A stretch of 64,000 nucleotides of DNA, taken from contig CBDCGL010000011.1 in NCBI GenBank assembly GCA_965216755.1, positions 704,001 through 768,000 of the forward strand, given 5' to 3'. The notes under the pieces were generated by a model, which saw only the letters and a program-made list of their open reading frames with translations, was not told the DNA's origin and did not search any database. The stretch comes from Alphaproteobacteria bacterium (lineage in GTDB: Bacteria > Pseudomonadota > Alphaproteobacteria > UBA7887). Each line of letters starts with the position of its first letter. The stretch's first letter is position 1. Shown one piece after another: positions 46,409 to 56,390 of this stretch. A program made the position numbers and the translations under genes.

Positions 46409-48074
46409 GGTGTCGCAAGTTATCAAGCAGCCAAGGCAACCATCTTCGCTACAGGCGACGGCGGCACTGCTGGCGGCTGCTGCCGTGCTCAACACCACAT
46501 TGACCTTTCATAATATCTGGCCAACGCCGTGGATTCGTCCGTCGGCGGAGGTTTCCGTAGAGATCGTGTCTTTGGTGCTGGCGCTGGCGCTGGCGATGGC
46601 GATCGGGTTCCGGCCCGGCGCGACCACCCGTTGGCTGCTTACCATCGTCGTTATGTTCTTGGCTGCCGCGCGCTATGCCGAAGTTACAGCACCAGCCTTA
46701 TTTGGCCGGGCGATCAATGTTTATTGGGATCTGCCCCATGTGCCCAACGTTATACGGATGATGACCGAAGCGCTGCCGGCTGCGTTTTTGGTGGTGGGCC
46801 TTGGCTGTCTTGTTATTGGCTTGTTTTTGCTGGCGAGCGCAATCAACGCTGCCTTGCGTTGGCTTTCGATTGCGCTTGCCGTCGTGCCGTTGCGACGAAT
46901 GGCGATAATTGCGTCCGTTTGTTTGATCGCCTTGTTTCACCTTTCGTACGGCGGTTTCGGCATCGCGCCTTTGATCCGTTTCTCGATCCCGGTTACGCGC
47001 ACATATGCACAGCAAGCCGAATTCTTGATCGATGTCGCGCAAAGCGCTGATCAGCTCGAACGAACCTGGCCGACCGCCCCTGTTAATCCCGATATCGCGC
47101 GCCTCAGGCATACCGACCTGGATTTGCTCTTTTTTGAGTCTTATGGCGCGACGGCCTTAGACGAACCACGGCATGCCGGTTCGTTGTCGGCCGCATTTGC
47201 CGCCCTTGAAGTTGGCTTGAAGGGATCGCCTTGGCAGGTTGTCTCAGGTTATTTGCGTGCGCCGACATTTGGGGGCGCTTCGTGGCTGACGCACGCCAGT
47301 GTTTTGTCCGGTCTGCACATCACCGACCAGCAAGACTACCATATGCTTCTGACCACCGACCGCGCCACGCTCGTCCAGCATTTCGACGCGTTGGGGCACC
47401 GCACGGTGGCCGTCTTTCCAGGCTTTCGCAAAGCATGGCCGGAGGGCCAATACTACAGGTTCGACCAGCTCTACGATGCACAGATGCTTGACTATCCGGG
47501 CCCGGCGTTCGGTTGGTGGACCATCCCCGATCAGTTCAGCTTGGCCAAGGCACGCTCGCAAGAATTGCGTATCGCCGACACCGCACCCCGTTTCACGGTT
47601 TTCGCATCGATAACAAGTCACGCGCCATTCGCGCCAACTCCGCCCTACATCGACGACTGGTCGCAGATGACGCGCCCGCACCCCTATCGCGACGCCGCGG
47701 TCCCGGTTGACGTTGAAGAGCGGAACAGATGGACGGATATGAGCCCATCCTATGTGCGCACGATACGCTATAACTTGAATGTGTTAGCCGGCTGGTTAAA
47801 TCTGCGATCGGCCGACGATGCGATTGTGATCGCCATGGGTGACCATCAGCCGCCAGCCGCGGTCAGTGGCGAGAGTGCGCGGTGGGACGTGCCCGTGCAT
47901 GTTTTTGCTCAGTTCGATGGATTTCTAAGACCCTTCGTGGCCGCGGGTTTTACGCCGGGCCTTGTTCCACGAGGGCCGACCCTGGGCGGAGTCGAGCTGA
48001 TCCATGATGTGGTCGTCCATAGCTTTGGCAAATTGGGCACCGCGCAAGTTCGTGCGTACAACAAAAGCGATTAG
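46409..48074 (+). CDS. Membrane-bound sulfatase-like (LtaS/OpgB/alkaline phosphatase superfamily) protein
   Basis: About five N-terminal TM segments, then FFESYG, PTFGGASW, SHAPF, GDHQP metal-site motifs. Start uncertain (ORF open from 46203). Confidence 0.8.
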
Positions 48075-48077
48075 ACC

Positions 48078-50681
48078 TTGACCGCGCGCAATCTGCTCAT
48101 TGTGTCTTGGGTCGCGGCACTGACTGTCACGATTTGGTGGGCGGCTCATTCGCCCCACAGCCCACCATCTTGGGATGGCGGTCTGGTCGGTGGCCTGACC
48201 TATGCGCCATATCAACGGCACGACGACCCCGCACGCCGGGACGTGCCTTCGCGAGAGGATGTTTACCGCGACGTCGACCTCATTGCTGGCCGCGCCGGCG
48301 CAATACGGACCTACGCGATGGACGCCGCAGGCGCACGTGCCGTCGCCGCGGCAGCAGCGTACAATTTGCGCATCACTGCCGGGGCATGGCTGCGTGGGGC
48401 CCGTGACGCCGACCGCGCTGAGATCGAGCACTTGATCGCGGTGGCCAATCGTACGTCGGCGATCGAGCGTCTCTTGATCGGCAACGAAACGGTTTTGCAT
48501 GAGCGACTTGCGCCGCGAGAGCTCGCGGCGCTGATCGGCAATGTGCGCCAAACAGCGTCTGTGCCTGTCGGCACGGCGGAGCCATGGCACATATGGCTGG
48601 CCCATCCCGAGCTTGCCGCGGCAAGCGACTTCGTCGGTGTTCACATCCTGCCCTATTGGGAGGGTATTTCACGCACCGCCGCCATCGACTATGTCTTTCG
48701 GCGCCTCGCGGCGCTGCGGACGGCGTTTCCAGGCAAACCGATCGTTTTGGCAGAGGTTGGCTGGCCGAGTGACGGACCAAGAATGGGTGCGGCCGTTCCA
48801 TCGATCGCCAACCAGGCGTGGTTTAGCCGCGCTTTCGCTACCCGCGCGGAAAAGGAAGGTTTCAGCGACTATTTCTTCATCGAGGCATTTGACCAACCTT
48901 GGAAATCGGCGAGCGAGGGACAAGTCGGGCCGTATTGGGGCCTGTGGAACGCCAATCGGCAGCCCAAATTCCCCTGGGTCGGTTCGGTCACGCCGCGTCC
49001 TTCTTGGTGGTTGCCAACGATGGTGGTGGTTTTGGGGCTGCTTATCGTCGCCGGTGTCTATTTACGCGCCAGGCCGCAGATTTCGTCGACGGGCACAGCG
49101 GCAATGTCGTTTTTTGTTGTGGGCAGTTTTTCGCTTTACGCATTGACCGCGTCGGCGCCGCTTGTTCGGTACTACACAGGGGCTGAGATTGCGGTATGGA
49201 GTGTGCTTCTGGCCGCCCAATTGCTATTGATCGCGACGGCACTTGTAGAGGCCATTGAAGCGCTAGACGTAACGTGTACGGGGCCGCGACGACGCATTTT
49301 TGCGGCGAACCCTGGCGTTGTCGCCCGGCACCCAATGGTGTCGATCCATGTCCCATGCTGCGACGAGCCGCCGGACATGGTCGCGCAAACTTTGCGGGCG
49401 CTCGGGCGACTGGACTACCCCGCCTACGAGGTCTTGGTTATCGTCAACAATACGCCGGATCCGGAAAACAGACGGGCAATCTCCGATCTGTGCCGGCGCT
49501 TTGGTCCGAAGTTCCGCTTCATCTGTTTGCCGGATTGTCCTGGCTACAAGGCTGGCGCATTGAACGTCGCCCTGTCACGAAGTCACGCAGCGGCGGAAAT
49601 CGTGGCCGTCGTCGACAGCGACTATACGGTCGACCCGCATTGGCTGAGTGCGGCGGTTCCGCATTTCACCGCGCCCGACGTGGCCATTGTTCAGGCACCG
49701 CAGGACTATAGAGATCGCTTGCGAAGCGTCTTCAAGCGCCTTTGCTTTTGGGAATATGCAGCGTTTTTCAAAATCGGCATGGTGCAACGGAATGAGGCCA
49801 ACGCCATCATTCAACATGGCACAATGACTCTCATTCGGCGGCGGGCGCTGCAGGACGTCGGCGGCTGGAACGGATGGTGCATTACTGAAGATGCGGAACT
49901 GGGGCTGCGTCTTATGGCCGCCGGATGGCGTTCGGCCTTTATCACCCGGTCCCTGGGGCGCGGCCTGACACCCGATCGATTTGAGTCCTACAAGGCCCAG
50001 CGATTTCGCTGGGTCTACGGGGCCATGCAAGTCTTGAAGCATCACGCAGGGGCTCTGTTTCTGGGGCGCGAAACGCAACTTTCGGTCTCGCAGCGCTACC
50101 ATTTTGTCGCCGGTTGGTTGCCTTGGTTGGCCGATGGCTGCGGATTGCTGTTCACGGTTGGCGCCATCGCGTGGTCGGCCGCGCTGGCATTGTGGCCTGA
50201 CGCGATCATGGCGCCAGCCGCTGTGTTTCTGCTGCCCACCGTTGCGGTGTTCTTATTTCGGCAGGCGCGGGTCTTGTGGCTCTATCGCCGCACGATGGGC
50301 TGTCGTTTCGTGCAAGCAGCCGGAGCATCGATTGCCGGCTTGGGCCTGAGCCACACTGTCGGCAAGGGGGTGTTGTGGGGTCTATTCACACGACAGCGGC
50401 CGTTTCTTCGCACCCCCAAATGCGAAGACAGGCCCGGATTGCTCAATTTGGTGGCCGGCGTGGGCGAAGAAGCCGTCATTTTCCTGGCGCTGGCCGGGTC
50501 GATAGCGGCTGTCGCGCTGCAACAGGGATTGGATAACATAGATGTCCGATTGTGGCTGCTGGTACTGACGATACAGACGATTCCCTATGCTGCGGCGATC
50601 GCACTTGCGGTCCTTAGTGGTCGACCTATCCAGGTCGGCCAACAGATGGCTGCGCCTATTGTTGTCGAACCGGCTGAATAA
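48078..50681 (+). CDS. GH17-GT2 fusion, NdvB-like beta-1,3-glucan synthase
   Basis: GH17 motifs IRTY, IGNE, AEVGWPS, EAFDQPWK; TM block; GT2 motifs KAGALN, VDSD, TEDAELG, QRFRW. Confidence 0.9.
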   Translation: MTARNLLIVSWVAALTVTIWWAAHSPHSPPSWDGGLVGGLTYAPYQRHDDPARRDVPSREDVYRDVDLIAGRAGAIRTYAMDAAGARAVAAAAAYNLRITAGAWLRGARDADRAEIEHLIAVANRTSAIERLLIGNETVLHERLAPRELAALIGNVRQTASVPVGTAEPWHIWLAHPELAAASDFVGVHILPYWEGISRTAAIDYVFRRLAALRTAFPGKPIVLAEVGWPSDGPRMGAAVPSIANQAWFSRAFATRAEKEGFSDYFFIEAFDQPWKSASEGQVGPYWGLWNANRQPKFPWVGSVTPRPSWWLPTMVVVLGLLIVAGVYLRARPQISSTGTAAMSFFVVGSFSLYALTASAPLVRYYTGAEIAVWSVLLAAQLLLIATALVEAIEALDVTCTGPRRRIFAANPGVVARHPMVSIHVPCCDEPPDMVAQTLRALGRLDYPAYEVLVIVNNTPDPENRRAISDLCRRFGPKFRFICLPDCPGYKAGALNVALSRSHAAAEIVAVVDSDYTVDPHWLSAAVPHFTAPDVAIVQAPQDYRDRLRSVFKRLCFWEYAAFFKIGMVQRNEANAIIQHGTMTLIRRRALQDVGGWNGWCITEDAELGLRLMAAGWRSAFITRSLGRGLTPDRFESYKAQRFRWVYGAMQVLKHHAGALFLGRETQLSVSQRYHFVAGWLPWLADGCGLLFTVGAIAWSAALALWPDAIMAPAAVFLLPTVAVFLFRQARVLWLYRRTMGCRFVQAAGASIAGLGLSHTVGKGVLWGLFTRQRPFLRTPKCEDRPGLLNLVAGVGEEAVIFLALAGSIAAVALQQGLDNIDVRLWLLVLTIQTIPYAAAIALAVLSGRPIQVGQQMAAPIVVEPAE

Positions 50682-50685
50682 GCCG

Positions 50686-51492
50686 ATGGCCCACGTCACG
50701 CACGCATATTGGCAAGATCTGAAAACCACGGATTTCGATGCAATGGATCGGGAGACCACGGTCGTGCTGCTGCCGGTGTCCGCGATCGAACAGCACGGGC
50801 CGCATCTACCGCTCGGCACCGATTGGTTCATTAACGAGGCGATTTTGCAGCGCGCGATCGACCACATATCCGTGCCAGCGAGAGTATTGATTTTGCCAAG
50901 CCAGGCCGTCGGGCATAGCGGCGAACATATTGCCTTCGCGGGCACACTCAGCCATGAGGCTGAAACCCTGATCGCGGCGTGGACGGAAATCGGCGCCGAC
51001 GTGGCGCGTACCGGATTGCGGAAGTTGGTTATTTTCAACAGCCATGGTGGGCAATCACATGTCGTGGACATTGTTGCGGGGCGGCTGCGCCGCGCGCACG
51101 GCATGCTGGTTATTCGCACCAACAGCTTCCGGTTGGGCCCGCCGCCAGGATTGTTTGATGAATGGGAGGCCGCCCACGGCATCCATGGCGGGGCGATTGA
51201 AACATCGATGATGCTCCACTTGCGACCGGAGCTCGTTGAAATGGAAAAGGCGGCCCGCTTTGTCCCATACTCCGAGCACATGGAACGCCAGATGGCGATT
51301 GTACGCGCAGACCGCCCAGTCGGTTTCGGCTGGCAAAGTGAGGATTTGCATGCCGCGGGCGCCGCCGGTGACGCGGCCGCGGCCGACGCTGAAAAAGGCC
51401 GCATAGCCATCCACGACATGGCCAAGAAGCTCGCTTTGGTCATCGACGATGCAGCCCGATTTCCTTTGGCGAAGCTGGGCAATGCGCCGTGA
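50686..51492 (+). CDS. Creatininase family amidohydrolase
   Basis: EQHGPHLPLGTD, SGEH..FAGT, NSHGGQ, HGGAIETS. Confidence 0.93.
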   Translation: MAHVTHAYWQDLKTTDFDAMDRETTVVLLPVSAIEQHGPHLPLGTDWFINEAILQRAIDHISVPARVLILPSQAVGHSGEHIAFAGTLSHEAETLIAAWTEIGADVARTGLRKLVIFNSHGGQSHVVDIVAGRLRRAHGMLVIRTNSFRLGPPPGLFDEWEAAHGIHGGAIETSMMLHLRPELVEMEKAARFVPYSEHMERQMAIVRADRPVGFGWQSEDLHAAGAAGDAAAADAEKGRIAIHDMAKKLALVIDDAARFPLAKLGNAP

Positions 51493-52334
51493 AAATTGGT
51501 ATCGACGACGCCTGGGCAATGTTGCTTGCCGCACGCCATGCGCATCACGGCGTCGAGAACGGAGCGCTGAGGGTTGCTGACGACGGCACGTGGCAATGCG
51601 ACGTTTCGGTGAGTGACGCGGCCGCCGAGCTGCTTGATCTATATGCGCCGGTCGCCGCGGCTGGTCCGGAAAGCCCGCTGATTGTCGGTCATCTGGGGCA
51701 AAGCCTTGATGGCCGCATCGCGACGCATAATGGCGATTCAGACTATGTGACTGGCGCGGACAACCTCGACCACTTGCACCGCATGCGCGCGTTGAGTGAC
51801 GCCGTGATTGTGGGCGCCGGGACCGTAAAGAGCGACAACCCACGGCTCACGACACGGCGAGTCGCCGGACCTTCGCCTCTGCGCGTCATTGTTGGCGACG
51901 TCCCGGTTGATTGTGGCGGCGACCGTGTTGCCCCGGCAATTTCATTTGTCTCGAACGCAGGACGCGCGGCGGACAACGGGATCGGTGAGATCATTGTCGT
52001 GCCACCGAACGGCAACGGCCTTGACCTGTCGGCCGTGGTCTCGATCTTGCGGGACCGAGGTGCCCATGTTCTGTTCGTCGAAGGGGGGGGGATTACGGTT
52101 TCCCGATTTCTGGAACTGGGTCTTATTGATCGTCTGCAGATCACCGTGGCGCCAATCATCATCGGATCCGGGCGCGATGGCATCAGGTTGCCGAAGATTG
52201 ATTGTTTGACGAACTGTATCAGGGCGCCAAGTCGCCGTTACATGATGGGCCAAGATGTCATGTTTGAATTGGACCTTGTGTCGCAAAGAAATCTGTATGG
52301 CCGACAAGGAGATGCGAGTCGCCCGCCACGATGA
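51489..52334 (+). CDS. RibD C-terminal (pyrimidine reductase) domain protein without deaminase domain
   Basis: GQSLDGRIA, HRMRALSDAVIVGAGTV..DNPRLTTR, VEGGG, APIIIGSG. Confidence 0.9.
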   Translation: MKIGIDDAWAMLLAARHAHHGVENGALRVADDGTWQCDVSVSDAAAELLDLYAPVAAAGPESPLIVGHLGQSLDGRIATHNGDSDYVTGADNLDHLHRMRALSDAVIVGAGTVKSDNPRLTTRRVAGPSPLRVIVGDVPVDCGGDRVAPAISFVSNAGRAADNGIGEIIVVPPNGNGLDLSAVVSILRDRGAHVLFVEGGGITVSRFLELGLIDRLQITVAPIIIGSGRDGIRLPKIDCLTNCIRAPSRRYMMGQDVMFELDLVSQRNLYGRQGDASRPPR

Positions 52335-53085
52335 GTCTTCTGCGGCGGTTCGCCCAGGCCCGGATTTGTGCTGCGTTGCCAGGTGCCATTGAAGCGGCCG
52401 CGCCAGACCAGTCAGCCAACAATGCCTTTTGCATGGCGACGTCATCGGTGCCGAGCTGCCAGTCGCTGCAGGCACTGATCAGGTCATATCCATGCGCCTT
52501 CAATAGTTTTTGCGCCGTTTCGGCGGCTTGGGGACCCAACGCCGGGCCAAAGCCTTTGTCTGTCTTCTGGTGGCGATTGATCAGGCCGGCCACCATGTCG
52601 TCGTCGCGGTCGCTCGGCGCCCAGCGGATCAGGCCCTGATAGCTCAGTCGAAACAAGATCGCCGGCGTTGTGCTGACAATTGCGCTGATCGCATCGGTGA
52701 GCCACGATTCCGAAACCAAATCCAGGAACGCCGAGGCCGTGACCAAATCAAAGCGTTGTTCTGTCAACACCGGCAGACCTTGCACCATATCCGAGACTTG
52801 CGTGGTAACGGCGATGCTACCGCGACCGCCCGCCAAGGCCCTCAAGCGCGGATTAACGAGGTCGATCAGGGCCGGATCGTTGTCGATAAGATGCCAGGCT
52901 TGCCGTGAACTTAAGTGCGGCGCGATGGCGCGCAGGTTGGCGCCCGTGCCGGCAGCCAGGTCGAGGATCCGCAACGTTTCCTGTAGGCTCGACCAAGCGC
53001 GTAGCGGCTTGGTGATTTGAGCACCCAACGTGCTCCGATCGTAGGGCTCGCGCAGGTCAAGCCAAGCGCTTTCGAACATGGTCAT
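52258..53085 (-). CDS. Class I SAM-dependent methyltransferase
   Basis: WLDLREPYD, ILDLAAGTGAN, LVTASAFLDLVS, HQKTDKGFGPALGP. Confidence 0.88.
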   Translation of the reverse strand: MTMFESAWLDLREPYDRSTLGAQITKPLRAWSSLQETLRILDLAAGTGANLRAIAPHLSSRQAWHLIDNDPALIDLVNPRLRALAGGRGSIAVTTQVSDMVQGLPVLTEQRFDLVTASAFLDLVSESWLTDAISAIVSTTPAILFRLSYQGLIRWAPSDRDDDMVAGLINRHQKTDKGFGPALGPQAAETAQKLLKAHGYDLISACSDWQLGTDDVAMQKALLADWSGAAASMAPGNAAQIRAWANRRRRLIVAGDSHLLVGHTDFFATQGPIQT

Positions 53086-54143
53086 GGGCGCAAAAAGCGT
53101 TCAATTTCGGCGCCAAAATCGCGGGCGGCCTCGGCCCAATTCGGCAGGCTTGCGCCGGCAACCCGTGCGCGGTCAGCCATCTGCTGGCGAAGCGGCGGCG
53201 AATTGATCAGCCGCCCAAGTGCGTGCGCCAAACCGCCAACATCGCCGGGCGGCACCAATAGGCCCGCCTCGGTTGGCACCGTTTCAGGTATTGCACCGGC
53301 GTTCGTGCTAACGATTGGCAGTCCGCGCGCCAAGGCTTCCGCGAGCACCATGCCGTAGCCCTCGTAATACGATGCGAGCACGAACATATCGGACGCACGG
53401 AAATACTCTTCGAGCGTCGGTCCGACCGCTTCGCCAACCAATGAGACCTTTTCTTGCAATCCCGCGTCGTCGATTGCCGTGCGGACAGCCTTGGTCGTGC
53501 TTGGGTCTAGATCCTGCGGTCCGACACACACCAACCGCCACTGCCTATACGCGGCGCCCGAAAGACACGACAAGGCACGAATCAATACCACGTGCCCCTT
53601 GCGTGGCGTCAACGACGCAACGCACAGCAGGGTGACGATGCCATCCGTCGATCCTGTCACTTGTGTTGCCGGGTCGGTGCCCGGCCGAACCACACTTATC
53701 TTCTCGATTTCAACATCATAGGAGGCCAAGGCGTCGGCGGTCGTCTTGCTGGGCACGATCACATGTGTGGCCGCCGCAAGCGCATGCCGCTCACTCGCGA
53801 AAAACCCTGCTTTTTCGCGTGCGTCGAGACCTGTTTCCGCCGCGAGTGGGTGGTGTACCAACGCGACAAGACACAGGCGCTGGGCCTGAGCGTACGCAAG
53901 TTCGGATAGTACGCCCAACGCCAGGCCGTCGACCACGACCGTGGCGCCGTCGGGAATGTCGCCAAATACTGCCTCGGCATGTGCAACAGCCGCGCGGCTG
54001 GGTTGGGGAAAACCGTTCTTTAGTGCCAGCGCGACAACGTCCCAACTCTCGTGGCGCAGTCCGGCGATGATGCGACGGTCATAAATGAAGCCGCCGGTCT
54101 TGGTCTCCGGATCGCCCGGCACGATGAAATAAAGCCGCGCCAT
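53082..54143 (-). CDS. GT4 family glycosyltransferase
   Basis: TGGFIYDRR, VVDGL, LVHHPL, RKGH, EGYGMVLAEALARGLP. Confidence 0.93.
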   Translation of the reverse strand: MARLYFIVPGDPETKTGGFIYDRRIIAGLRHESWDVVALALKNGFPQPSRAAVAHAEAVFGDIPDGATVVVDGLALGVLSELAYAQAQRLCLVALVHHPLAAETGLDAREKAGFFASERHALAAATHVIVPSKTTADALASYDVEIEKISVVRPGTDPATQVTGSTDGIVTLLCVASLTPRKGHVVLIRALSCLSGAAYRQWRLVCVGPQDLDPSTTKAVRTAIDDAGLQEKVSLVGEAVGPTLEEYFRASDMFVLASYYEGYGMVLAEALARGLPIVSTNAGAIPETVPTEAGLLVPPGDVGGLAHALGRLINSPPLRQQMADRARVAGASLPNWAEAARDFGAEIERFLRP

Positions 54144-54554
54144 TCAACCCTTCGCCGGCAGGGCGCCTTCATAGGCCGCCCACGCAATGTGTGATTCATG
54201 CAAAGTCACCCGCAGGCCGGTCAGGCCGGTCGCGCTGGCGCCCAGTTCGCCGGCCGAGACCCGTGCGCCCAATTGTTCGAAAATCCAGCCCGCCAGCCAT
54301 TCGGTGGTTGTGTTTTGCCCGGTAAACGCAGGTAGAGTGTCCAAGTTCTGATAGTTGACCTCTGCCAGAACGGCGCCGAGCGTTTGACTGGCCAAGCCAA
54401 TGTCGACGACCAGACCGTCATCGTCCAAGGCCGGTCGTCGGAAGGTGGCGTCGACCACAAAGGTGGCGCCGTGTAGCTGTTGTGCCGGACCAAATACGGC
54501 GCCGCGAAAGCTATGCGCGATCATCAAATGGTCGCGGACGGTCAGGCTATACAT
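54144..54554 (-). CDS. 6-pyruvoyl-tetrahydropterin synthase family protein (COG0720, PTPS-IV type)
   Basis: T-fold AHSF...[20 protein letters not shown]; lacks the Cys of the QueD C-x3-HGH motif. Confidence 0.88.
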   Translation of the reverse strand: MYSLTVRDHLMIAHSFRGAVFGPAQQLHGATFVVDATFRRPALDDDGLVVDIGLASQTLGAVLAEVNYQNLDTLPAFTGQNTTTEWLAGWIFEQLGARVSAGELGASATGLTGLRVTLHESHIAWAAYEGALPAKG

Positions 54555-54566
54555 GGTGGCGGCTCC

Positions 54567-55547
54567 TTAGCGATCGGGATAACGAACCCGGTGGCATATC
54601 GTGCCCGCGCCATCAACGGCAAGGTCGGCGATCGTTTTTGGAAGATCATGGAAGTTACTCTCTCCGGTGATCAGCACGTCCAAGACCGGATCCGCAAGAA
54701 GGGACAATGCCAGGCGAAGCCGCTGGCGGCGGTTCCAGCGGCCGCGGCGGTGCGGAGGAATGCGGCCCACTTGTGACGAGATGATCCTAAGGCGCTCTGG
54801 ATGAAACCGTTCGCCCAGCGGTAGTGTCACGTGCCGGTCGCCATACCAACTCATTTCGATGATTGCCGCTTCCGGTGCCGCCAGGCCAAGTGCGTGCACC
54901 AACCCATCCGGGTGACCAGAACTGTGGAAGATTAAGTCCGCCTGATCCTTCGCCGCGTCAGGCCGCGCGAAGTCGACACCGAGTCGCCGAGTGACCGCGC
55001 GTTTGCTCGGGTCGACATCGATCAGTTGCACCGATACGCCCGGAATCTGTGCCGCCAAGTACGCTGTTAGGCAGCCGACGCAACCGGCGCCGATCACGAC
55101 CACGCGATCACCAAGACATGGCGGTGCATCCCAAAGCGCGGTCACCGCCGTTTCCATATTGGCCGCCAGTACGGCCCGTGATGCCGGGACGTCGCTTGGC
55201 AGCGGCACCGCGTCGACGCCGGGGACGACAAATCGGGTCTGGTGGGGGTACAGACAGAATACGGTCTGTCCGATCCTATCGCGCGGGCCCTGTTCGATGA
55301 TCCCGACATTCACATAGCCGTATTTGACGGGCGCCGGAAAAGAGCCGCTTTGGAACGGCGCGCGCATAGGCTCATACAGTGATTCAGGTACACGGCCCGA
55401 CCATACCAGGGTCTCGGTGCCGCGACTGATCGCGCCGAAAAGGGCGCGTACCCGTACATCTCCCGCGCTAGCAGACGACAGAGCCTCCGGGCGAATCTCA
55501 CCCCGGCGTGGCGCGGCGACCCAAAATGCTTCCGCCTTTTCTGTCAT
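54567..55547 (-). CDS. MDR (zinc-binding alcohol dehydrogenase-like) oxidoreductase
   Basis: ISRGTE, PVKYGY, FCLYPHQ, ANMETA, VIGAGCVG, SWYG, SSQVG. Confidence 0.9.
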   Translation of the reverse strand: MTEKAEAFWVAAPRRGEIRPEALSSASAGDVRVRALFGAISRGTETLVWSGRVPESLYEPMRAPFQSGSFPAPVKYGYVNVGIIEQGPRDRIGQTVFCLYPHQTRFVVPGVDAVPLPSDVPASRAVLAANMETAVTALWDAPPCLGDRVVVIGAGCVGCLTAYLAAQIPGVSVQLIDVDPSKRAVTRRLGVDFARPDAAKDQADLIFHSSGHPDGLVHALGLAAPEAAIIEMSWYGDRHVTLPLGERFHPERLRIISSQVGRIPPHRRGRWNRRQRLRLALSLLADPVLDVLITGESNFHDLPKTIADLAVDGAGTICHRVRYPDR

Positions 55548-55598
55548 ATCAAAGCGCCGATTTTGTGCATTTCCAGGATGTGACCGTATGATGGCAAA

Positions 55599-56390
55599 AT
55601 GGTTTCACGCATTCGCGCCATTGCTGTCAATGTTCCATCTGTTCAGCGCGGGCACGCCACCTCGAAGCGCTTGTCGCGCGTTTCTGGGCAGGTTCTGCCG
55701 CTCGCCATGGCGAACTCCGTGACTGTGGCCGGGTTGGGGCTATTTCTGTTTGGGGTGCCCGCTGACGTGATCGCCCGTGGCCTGCTTGCGGCGGGCGCTA
55801 TTGCGATGGTCGTGGTATGGGCTTTTTGTGCCCGCTGCCAATTGGACCGGTTCGAGATTGCCAATCAGATTACGCTTGGGCGCGCCGTTTTGGCAGGCTT
55901 CTGTGTTGGGTTTGTGGGTCAACCTGACACGGCCGCGTACCACGGATGGTTGCTTTTTGGCACGGTCGTGTTGGCCGCTCTCCTCGACGGCGTCGACGGT
56001 TGGGTGGCGCGGCGCACGCGCAGCGAAAGTGCCTTCGGCGCGCGCTTCGATATGGAAATCGATGCCGCGTTTGTGCTGGTCCTCTCTATCCTCGTCTATC
56101 AACTTGACAAGGCTGGCGCGTGGGTCCTGCTATCCGGACTGCTTCGATACTTGTTCATCGCCGCCGGCTTTGTCGTGCCACGATTGCGCGCGACGTTGCC
56201 GCCCAGCATCCGCAGACGGGTGATCTGCGCAATTCAAGTGGCTGCCTTGGTGGTGTGTTTGGCGCCGGCCATGCCAAGCAAGGCCGGCTTATTTGCGGCC
56301 GCGGGCGCTCTCGTTTTGCTGACTTTATCTTTCGGCCGCGATGTGGCTTGGTTACTCCAGGCAGAACCAAATAGGGAGGTAACCAGATGA
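55599..56390 (+). CDS. CDP-alcohol phosphatidyltransferase family protein
   Basis: ANQITLGR and signature DGVDGWVARRTRSESAFGARFDMEID. Confidence 0.93.
   Translation: MVSRIRAIAVNVPSVQRGHATSKRLSRVSGQVLPLAMANSVTVAGLGLFLFGVPADVIARGLLAAGAIAMVVVWAFCARCQLDRFEIANQITLGRAVLAGFCVGFVGQPDTAAYHGWLLFGTVVLAALLDGVDGWVARRTRSESAFGARFDMEIDAAFVLVLSILVYQLDKAGAWVLLSGLLRYLFIAAGFVVPRLRATLPPSIRRRVICAIQVAALVVCLAPAMPSKAGLFAAAGALVLLTLSFGRDVAWLLQAEPNREVTR

Noticed and set aside
50686-54554. Housekeeping riboflavin (ribD) or queuosine (queD) genes
   Set aside because: The RibD-like protein lacks the deaminase domain, the PTPS lacks the QueD Cys motif, and no ribBA/ribE/ribH or queCE neighbours are present.
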